12,708 nucleotides of DNA from Conexivisphaerales archaeon (GTDB lineage Archaea; Thermoproteota; Nitrososphaeria; Conexivisphaerales; DTJL01): positions 1 through 12,708 of the forward strand of contig JBEKZX010000044.1 in the NCBI GenBank assembly GCA_049509455.1, given 5' to 3'. The notes below the pieces were generated by a model. That model made no database searches and was not told where the DNA came from. It saw only the letters and a program-made list of their open reading frames with translations. Positions 5,764-12,271 of the stretch are shown here, piece after piece. The translations under genes and the position numbers were made by a program. The first letter of the stretch is position 1; each line of letters starts with the position of its first letter.

Positions 5764-6144
5764 GTTTTGGACGGGCTTCGGCCTCCTTCAGATGATCAAC
5801 GGGATATGTGACTTCGTCGAGCTTCGTCGTAGGCATCCTTTGGACGCTGGTGTCGTCGACTCCGCCGACCAGCGAGTCCCCTCCTGTTAAAGGCCTCAGG
5901 AGAAGATGGGCCTAGTGCCGCCTCGATGGACGCTCTGAAATGGCCGGTATCTCAAGAACAAGTGATGGCCACCGAAGATCCATTGGTGGTCAAAGGCGCC
6001 GCGAGACAAGCCGTTCTGGAGGGTAAAACACGCATAACACTTGAGTTACTCAAACAATCGACGTTCGGCACTCAGCGCCATGTTCTAAACGCAATCCCGA
6101 ATCTCGTTACGTCATAGGCACAGAATCTATACATTGAAGAAGGG

Positions 6145-6179
6145 TTTGGCCGAATTGAAGCTCACTTTGGCCGATTGAA
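6145..6179. repeat. Tandem direct repeat TTTGGCCGA(A)TTGAA x2, 21-bp period
   Basis: 6145-6159 TTTGGCCGAATTGAA and 6166-6179 TTTGGCCGATTGAA, with a partial third ATTGAA at 6133-6138. Confidence 0.85.
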
Positions 6180-6249
6180 AAATACTTTAACCATCGACAG
6201 GCGTCTACCCTCTCTGCCCGAGAGTCTCTCTCTGTGCGATGAAATGATA

Positions 6250-6390
6250 TGGGGCCGGCCGGATTTGAACCGGCGATCTCTAGCGCCCTTGGCCTCGCAC
6301 GGCGGCAGCCGCGCGATCAGGCTAGTATCCTAGTCCAAGCTATCCACCGAACAATTCGAAAGCACTGGTTCGGCTCTGGACGACGGCCCC
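6250..6390 (-). tRNA. tRNA-Pro(GGG) with two non-canonical introns: 36 nt at 15/16 (6375-6340) and 29 nt at 34/35 (6317-6289); CCA not encoded
   Basis: Joining exons 6390-6376, 6339-6318 and 6288-6250 gives a 76-nt cloverleaf: GGGGCCG TC GTCC AGCTTGGACTA GGAT A CTAGC CT-GGG-GC GCTAG AGATC GCCGG TTCAAAT CCGGC CGGCCCC A. Both junctions form BHB-like motifs. Confidence 0.88.
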
Positions 6391-6421
6391 ACACTCACTC
6401 GAAAGGCTCGAAGCTCTGTTC

Positions 6422-6428
6422 TATATAT
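6422..6428 (-). promoter_or_regulatory. TATA box of tRNA-Pro
   Basis: ATATATA on the minus strand, 32-38 nt upstream of the mature 5' end. Confidence 0.6.
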
Positions 6429-6526
6429 GTATTGGAAGGAGGCGCCCTCATCGCCGCCTTCCTGACTCAGGGTCAAGTAGATACTCACCCCTTCATGCGC
6501 GATGACCTCGTCATAGAGCGCCTAGC

Positions 6527-7306
6527 TCACGGACGCTCTGCCAGCTTCATCGACCGCAGAATCGTCCGATATGAATCATCATCAGGAGATCTCCTGTAAG
6601 CCCTCAACGCGGCCAGCACTTCCTCTCGTTCCGCTCCCAACCTGGACAAGACGATGGGGCCATATGGCCTTGATAACGTCAGGTACTGAAGGAGGTCGTT
6701 GACGTTCCTCCTCCTCCCGCCTGTTGCCGCGGTCTCGAAATCCAGCACACGCGCTCGGCCGTCCAGCTGAATTATGACGTGGCGGCGTGGGTCCGAGAGC
6801 TCCTTGTGGTCGACACCGGCGACGTCCAGGAGGCGGGCCAGCCCGCAGATGTCGGTCAGGATGCTCCTGAAAGCGCCGTCGGCAAGGTCCTTCGACCCTT
6901 TCAACCAGTCGACTAGATTGTTGCCCACCAGTTCCTCCATCACGATGAAATCTCGTGACGCGGCGAACAGGACAGGTCCTATCTTCGACCTGTTCGATTC
7001 CTTGAGGATCTCCCCCTCTCTTTCTAGGCTTTCTCTGTCCGCGTCCGTCCGCCTGATTTTCAAAGCAGCCCTCTTCCCCTTCCAGAGGCATTCGACCACC
7101 ACTCCCACATGTCCCTTGCCGAGCACCTTGAGGCCACCGACCTCGATACTTCCGACGAAGACCAGAGCCTCCACTCCCATTTCCTTAAGAGAGATAATGC
7201 GCCGCTGAGCTTCAGACTGCGAGCCCGAAGGGTAGCAGAGCACACTCACGAAGGGAGGAACGCAGAGCCCGTCGACGTCCACCTTCCTAGAAACGGAAGC
7301 CGGCAA
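6527..7306 (-). CDS. Atypical RIO-like / predicted Ser/Thr protein kinase (COG2112-type)
   Basis: Gly loop LGKGHVGVV, ALKIRR lysine, catalytic-loop-like HKELS, and DFE. Start is TTG 7306 or GTG 7282. Confidence 0.85.
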   Translation of the reverse strand: MPASVSRKVDVDGLCVPPFVSVLCYPSGSQSEAQRRIISLKEMGVEALVFVGSIEVGGLKVLGKGHVGVVVECLWKGKRAALKIRRTDADRESLEREGEILKESNRSKIGPVLFAASRDFIVMEELVGNNLVDWLKGSKDLADGAFRSILTDICGLARLLDVAGVDHKELSDPRRHVIIQLDGRARVLDFETAATGGRRRNVNDLLQYLTLSRPYGPIVLSRLGAEREEVLAALRAYRRSPDDDSYRTILRSMKLAERP

Positions 7307-8648
7307 GCTCCGACAACGCCATCCTGTCGACGACCCGCCTGCTGGAGTATGCTTCTCGGCCGACTAGCACCTCATGCGTCTCCTTGGCCTCGGCCGCCAG
7401 GCCCTTCGCGAATCCGACCCTCGTCACGGGATCCTCCATATACTTCAGCAGGAGGTCGGCAGGCCTGGACATGTCGTTCTTTGAGAGGGCGTGGCTCCTC
7501 ATATCGTCGCCTAGCCACCATGAGTCAGACCGACCATTCGACTTGGCCAGGAACCTTTCATTCGCATCCTTCATGAAGATCTCAGGCCCAATCCTTTCGA
7601 GCGTTCTCGGCAGCACCTCGACCGAAACGAGGAAGGCCATCGAGACGCGCCCTCTTTCTGCGGCCACCCTGTGCCTCAAGACTCGAACCCCGTCCTTGGC
7701 CAGGTGCTCGGCGACGCCGTTGGCGCTCTTCCATAGCTCGCCCCACAGGATGTCCTCGCTTCGATCCTTGAAGGCGAACCTCAGCATGAGCGTGTGACTC
7801 TTGATGTGGCCCGGTGGGGCGCTCACGGGCTGCAACTGCCTGGCGCCAAAGAACTCTAAGCTGGGCTTCTTCAGGAAGAGCCTTGACAAGTGAACGAACT
7901 CCGCCAGCTTGGCCGGAGAGACGGCTAGCCCGAGGTTTCTGGTCGTGTCGACGGGGTCCAAGAGTATGAACGCTTCCCCTTCGAAGAGGGACCTGGCATT
8001 TTCTTCGCCTCCCTCCAGGCTGATGACTACGCCTTTCTTCCAGGAAGATGCTGAGCGAAGGAGCTCGACAAACGATCTGTACTTCAGGACGAGCACCTCG
8101 CAGGCGTAACCGCTAAAGCCTCGCACGCGGATTTCGGCGCCGTAGAGCGCTTGTGCCTTGAGGAATCTCTTCAGCATCCTGACTTCGGATCTCAGACCTT
8201 CGTTCAAATGGGCCTCCAGGTACTTCGTGTGAAAGGGCGAACGGTCAGCGGCGCTCTTCCACTCTCCCTTCGTTACCCCATAGCACGGGACTACGTTGAC
8301 GGTCACAGAGTCCACGTCGGCTTCGACGTAGGGGTGCTCGGCGTACCTCCTCCTGGGCGAGCGCCCTTCCAGGGCGGCCTCGGCCAGGGAGAGCCCCAGC
8401 CCCTCGAACTGCGTCCGATTCACCTCCTTCGGGTAGACAAGGAAGAAGTCCACGTCCGTCTCAGTTTCCAGCCAGGTGTCGTGCGCGTAGGAGCCTCCTA
8501 TCTCGATTCGCGGCGAGATCTTGGCCCCCTTTGAGGCTTCTTCGAGGAGCTGGATGACGTTCTCCACAGCTAGTGCGACGGCCCTCCGTCGTTTCAGGCT
8601 CGGCATCGATTCCTTCTTCGCCTCGGCCAAGACTTGATCTAGATTCAA
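7287..8648 (-). CDS. cca: Archaeal class I CCA-adding enzyme
   Basis: GSYAHDTWL..ETDVDFF nucleotidyltransferase motif, YAEHPYV, SAADRSPFH and GAEIRVRGFSGY. SD GGGGTGA (8659-8653) overlaps the thpR stop. Confidence 0.96.
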   Translation of the reverse strand: MNLDQVLAEAKKESMPSLKRRRAVALAVENVIQLLEEASKGAKISPRIEIGGSYAHDTWLETETDVDFFLVYPKEVNRTQFEGLGLSLAEAALEGRSPRRRYAEHPYVEADVDSVTVNVVPCYGVTKGEWKSAADRSPFHTKYLEAHLNEGLRSEVRMLKRFLKAQALYGAEIRVRGFSGYACEVLVLKYRSFVELLRSASSWKKGVVISLEGGEENARSLFEGEAFILLDPVDTTRNLGLAVSPAKLAEFVHLSRLFLKKPSLEFFGARQLQPVSAPPGHIKSHTLMLRFAFKDRSEDILWGELWKSANGVAEHLAKDGVRVLRHRVAAERGRVSMAFLVSVEVLPRTLERIGPEIFMKDANERFLAKSNGRSDSWWLGDDMRSHALSKNDMSRPADLLLKYMEDPVTRVGFAKGLAAEAKETHEVLVGREAYSSRRVVDRMALSELAGFRF

Positions 8649-8652
8649 GGGC

Positions 8653-9204
8653 TCACCCCAGGGGGAAGACGGCCAGGTCGCTGTAGAGCGGCCCCGAAGA
8701 CGTTAGCACGCTCTTCTTCAGCTGGAACTCCCTGAACTCGACAGTCCCTCCATCCTCCTCGCCAAGCTTCCGCACCGACTCGGACAGCTTGGTAACGTTG
8801 CGCTCGCCCTTGACACGCAAGATGGTCAAGTGAGCCCGAAAAGCCTCAGGCTTGCCGTAGGACGCGAGCTTCTCGTTTACGATCGAACTAAGGGCCTTCA
8901 TCGTCTCCCCGCCTTCGGCGACGCCCAACCAGACCACGTTGATCTTCGAATTCGAGGGGAATACACCCAAGCCCTTGAAGTGAGCGGAAAAGGGGGGAAT
9001 CCTGATCGTCTTCAGTGATTCGACGACAGTCTCCACGGAAGCTTCGGGGAGGTCCCCAATGAACTTCAGCGTAATGTGGAGATTCTCCGTCTCCACAGCC
9101 TTCAGTTGCGCTCCGGTGGCTATGAGGACCCTCTGGAGCTCGGCTATCTTCCTCTTGAGCGCCTGTTCTTTCAGCTCCAGGGCCACGAACGTCCGCAAAC
9201 TCAC
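8653..9204 (-). CDS. thpR: RNA 2',3'-cyclic phosphodiesterase / 2'-5' RNA ligase (2H family)
   Basis: RTFVAL N-terminus, two HxT motifs (NLHITLKF, AHLTILR), and C-terminal KKSVLTSSGPLY. Confidence 0.95.
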   Translation of the reverse strand: MSLRTFVALELKEQALKRKIAELQRVLIATGAQLKAVETENLHITLKFIGDLPEASVETVVESLKTIRIPPFSAHFKGLGVFPSNSKINVVWLGVAEGGETMKALSSIVNEKLASYGKPEAFRAHLTILRVKGERNVTKLSESVRKLGEEDGGTVEFREFQLKKSVLTSSGPLYSDLAVFPLG

Positions 9205-9325
9205 GAGTTGTGTATGTCTTGTCGAGGTAGATATGTGTATTCTGATGAAGACGCACGAAACGCCTTTGCTCCCCCGTCCTCCTTAATACCAAGTCGATGA
9301 GACCCTCTATCCAGAGGAACGACCT

Positions 9326-9889
9326 TTGAACGGCGGAGACGTCTTCATAGTCTGCGTGACGGGCATGCCCGGAGCTGGGAAGACCACCGCCACGAAGGCC
9401 TTGGTGGGTTCCGGCTTCACCGTCTTGAGCATGGGTGACGTCGTCAGGCGTGAAGCCAAGAAGAGAGGGCTGGGAGTGGGCAAGGAGGGGCAGAAGCAGA
9501 TGATGTTCGCTCTCAGGGCTGAAGGAGGGCCCGCGGCCGTAGCGAAGCTGTGCGTGGAGGAGATAAGGTCGAAAAGCCTTCAGAGGGTCGTAATAGACGG
9601 CGCACGTTCCGTGGACGAAGTGAATGCATTCAGGGGCGTGGGTGAAGTCAAGGTACTGGGAATCCACGCCTCCCCATCGCGTCGTTACGAGCTCCTCAGT
9701 TCGCGCGGACGCGACGACGATCCCTTGTCCCGTGCCGAGTTCGAAGTCAGGGACCAGAGGGAGCTGGACCTCGGCCTGGGCAAGGTAATAGCGCTGGCCG
9801 ACCGGATAATCGAAAACGAGAGCACCTCCATTGAGATGCTCGATGACAGGGTCAGAGGGGTCGTGGTGGAATGGCAGGAGAACGCCTGA
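9326..9889 (+). CDS. P-loop kinase of the archaeal UPF0200 / dephospho-CoA-kinase-like family
   Basis: Walker A TGMPGAGKT, SMGDVVRREA, VIDGARS..EV and R....RGR.DD. Confidence 0.88.
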   Translation: MNGGDVFIVCVTGMPGAGKTTATKALVGSGFTVLSMGDVVRREAKKRGLGVGKEGQKQMMFALRAEGGPAAVAKLCVEEIRSKSLQRVVIDGARSVDEVNAFRGVGEVKVLGIHASPSRRYELLSSRGRDDDPLSRAEFEVRDQRELDLGLGKVIALADRIIENESTSIEMLDDRVRGVVVEWQENA

Positions 9890-10326
9890 AGAGCCGTTTC
9901 GGCTTCGGGTGCCAAGTCACGGTCAGGGCACCGGTCAACCCGTCCGAAGACCCGGTGAAGGTCCTGAGTGCTGTGGACCAGCTCTTCGGGTCCTCCTCCA
10001 GAACGGGCCTCTCGTCCTCGGCTGAGTTCGTCGTTGCGGAGTACGCGGGGGATCAGGCGCTCACCAAGGTCTACGAACAGGCGAGGTCCAGGATGACGAT
10101 CAGCGTCCTGAGGCGGCTCCTGAGGCAGCGCCAAGAGGAAGGTTCCACGAGCTTCATGCTTAACAAGCAGGTGGCCGCAGGAGGGATCGTCGTCTTCTGT
10201 GAAAGCGAAGCGGAGTCCCCTCTAGGTCCGATTACCGTCTACATCGAGACGCCGGAACTGGAGCACTTCATCGACTGGATAGCGCCCGACCTGCGGGGCC
10301 CCAGACGTTCATTCAGGAAGCGCTAA
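9871..10326 (+). CDS. DUF54 / UPF0201 putative RNA-binding protein
   Basis: V..PVNPSED..KV..A, LNKQVA..G.V and ESPLGPI patterns; usual partner of the preceding kinase. Confidence 0.85.
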   Translation: MAGERLKSRFGFGCQVTVRAPVNPSEDPVKVLSAVDQLFGSSSRTGLSSSAEFVVAEYAGDQALTKVYEQARSRMTISVLRRLLRQRQEEGSTSFMLNKQVAAGGIVVFCESEAESPLGPITVYIETPELEHFIDWIAPDLRGPRRSFRKR

Positions 10327-11220
10327 CTCGTAGCTGCTGAAGTCTTCGCCTATCGTGACGTTCTGGAAATGTTTCGAAGCTTGTTTCAATAACAGCGCAG
10401 AATCGTTAATGCGAGCGCTGACGTGAGTTATGACCAGGCGTCCCACCTCCGCTTCTGAGGCGAGTTGCGCGGCCTCCCCTACCGTCGAATGGAGGTATTC
10501 CTTTGCCTTATCCACGAACTCTTCGCTGTAGGTCCCGTCGAAGACCAGGAGGTCGACCTTTCGGAAGAACCTCACCAGGTCCTTCGTGGGCCTGGTGTCC
10601 CCCGAATAGCCGAAGCTCCTCCCTTTCCTCCTGGGGCCTGACACCTCGTCAGGCCGGATGGCTCGCCCATCCAGCTTTACGGTACAGCCGTCCTGGAGCC
10701 TCTTCCAGAGAGGGCCCTGCGGAACCCCTAAGGCCCGTGCCTTTTCAGGGAAGAACCTGCCGGGCCTGGTCGATTCGTCGACGCGGTACGCGTAGCTGTC
10801 GCCTATGTGAAGGGTTCTTTCCGCTCTCAACTTGAACTCCCTCTCCTTCAGCACGATACCGGGGGAGACTCGGTGAAAGGAGATTTTGTAGGGAACGTAA
10901 ACGTGAAGGGCGGAGATGTTGAATTTGATGATCTTATCTAGATCTCGGGGGCCGTATACGTTGAGAGGCTCCTTTCTGTTCTGGAGTGCGAGGCTTTGGA
11001 TGAGGCCGAGGAGCCCGAGGAGATGGTCGCCGTGGAGGTGCGTTACGAAAATATGCTGGGGGTTGGAGATCGGAGGCTTGGCCAGCATCATCTGCCGCTG
11101 GGTCCCTTCGCCGCAATCGAACAGCAGCAGCTTGCCCTCTCTCTGCAGCGCCACGGCTGGGAGCCCCCTCTCCCTAGTAGGGGCCGCGGCCGCGGTTCCC
11201 AGCAAAGTCACCTTGAACAC
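10309..11220 (-). CDS. rnz: Ribonuclease Z (tRNA 3' endonuclease)
   Basis: LLGT...PT..R, FDCGEGTQRQ, THLHGDH metallo-beta-lactamase motif, GP-type exosite GVPQGPLWKRLQ, SGDTRP, HST and THVSAR. Confidence 0.96.
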   Translation of the reverse strand: MFKVTLLGTAAAAPTRERGLPAVALQREGKLLLFDCGEGTQRQMMLAKPPISNPQHIFVTHLHGDHLLGLLGLIQSLALQNRKEPLNVYGPRDLDKIIKFNISALHVYVPYKISFHRVSPGIVLKEREFKLRAERTLHIGDSYAYRVDESTRPGRFFPEKARALGVPQGPLWKRLQDGCTVKLDGRAIRPDEVSGPRRKGRSFGYSGDTRPTKDLVRFFRKVDLLVFDGTYSEEFVDKAKEYLHSTVGEAAQLASEAEVGRLVITHVSARINDSALLLKQASKHFQNVTIGEDFSSYELALPE

Positions 11221-11224
11221 GATC

Positions 11225-12220
11225 TTATGACCTCCTCAGCACCGATATCACCCTGGTCAGGCTTCGGTGCGCGTAGAAGTCATATTCACCTAGTACCTCA
11301 AATCCTTTTGGCCCCTCCAGCGGCACGCTCTTCTGGTGCATCGCCACCAGCCTTCCCCCGCGACGCAGGCACTCTCTGCTTTGTGCCAGAAGCGCTTCGA
11401 GGAGGTCCTCCGTCCGGGCGCCCTTCGTCGAGCTGGCCCTGCCGTAAGGGAGGTCTCCTGCGATGGCGTCGACCTCCCGGAAGGGCAAGAACCTTGCGTC
11501 GCCCCGCAGCACCTGGCTCGCGGAATCTAGGCTGAAGCCACGCAGGTTCCTCCGTCCGCCGAAGACCATTCTCTTGTCCAGGTCTAACCCGAGGCCGTAG
11601 GAGCCCACCAGGCACGCCTCGATGACGGTGCTGCACGTCCCCGAGAACGGGTCTAGGAAGGTGCCTTCCTCCGCGACCGCCGTGAGGTTGACCATCAGCC
11701 TCGCCAGCTTGGGGAATAGGGCCGAAGGGTGAAAGAAGGCGCGTGCCCTCGGCCTTCGGGCCACCCACTTCCCCGCGCCCTTGGAGGTCGTCAGCCCGAT
11801 GAAAGCTCTCCTCCCCCTCTTTACGACCCTGATGACGGCGTCGGGGTCCTTCATCTTGACCGACGAGCCGTCGGCCTCCCTGAGGACACGGTCACCGACG
11901 GCTTCGTCGACGGCCCTCTTTACCGAGTCGTCGAAACCTTCGGCGTCGACCTTAAACGTCCTCCCCGTCAGCCTAGAGAAGTCTACAGATCTGGCTTCTC
12001 TCAATATATCCTCAGCGTCGGCAAAGAGGAGAAGCTCCCCTACGTCCTGCAGGAAAGCCGCCCGCGTAGCCACTTCACGGTGGAGCTCGCCTACGTTGCA
12101 AGTCACGAGCCACTCTTTCACGCTCACCTTGGCCCGCTGGCCCGAGGCCTCTAGGAGCGCCTCAAGCTCACCCTCAGCAACATCGAGCCTCCCGCCGCTG
12201 GGGTCGCCATAGACTATCAA
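11225..12220 (-). CDS. trmG10: THUMP plus Rossmann methyltransferase, tRNA m2G10/m2,2G10 methyltransferase (Trm11 family)
   Basis: RPRARAFFHPSAL.PKLARLMVNL, FLDPFSGT, GLDLD, GDA..LP and DLPYGR. Confidence 0.88.
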   Translation of the reverse strand: MIVYGDPSGGRLDVAEGELEALLEASGQRAKVSVKEWLVTCNVGELHREVATRAAFLQDVGELLLFADAEDILREARSVDFSRLTGRTFKVDAEGFDDSVKRAVDEAVGDRVLREADGSSVKMKDPDAVIRVVKRGRRAFIGLTTSKGAGKWVARRPRARAFFHPSALFPKLARLMVNLTAVAEEGTFLDPFSGTCSTVIEACLVGSYGLGLDLDKRMVFGGRRNLRGFSLDSASQVLRGDARFLPFREVDAIAGDLPYGRASSTKGARTEDLLEALLAQSRECLRRGGRLVAMHQKSVPLEGPKGFEVLGEYDFYAHRSLTRVISVLRRS

Positions 12221-12271
12221 GAAGGGCCTCTCGCCTTGCCGGAGGCTTCGGCCATATTTAGGATGGTGGAG

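Noticed and set aside
6133-6182. ATTGAA(G/A) units resembling the 3' end of archaeal CRISPR repeats
   Set aside because: The 20-21 bp period leaves no room for spacers, there are only two full copies, and no cas genes are nearby
4828-6249. att duplicate of the tRNA-Pro 3' end
   Set aside because: Searched by eye for TGGGGCCGGCCGGATTTGAACC and fragments of it; none found
6285-6320. Alternative anticodon readings AGG (intron at 33/34) or GAG/Leu (35/36) for the second tRNA
   Set aside because: Neither register forms a central helix, and the body is Pro-like with a short variable loop
9237-9289. Hammerhead-like words CTGATGA...GAAAC in the divergent intergenic region
   Set aside because: The 8 nt between the cores cannot form stem II (A opposite C), and stem III plus the UH site cannot be built in register with the GTATT/AATAC helix. 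It is also not a C/D sRNA, as there is no D box downstream.
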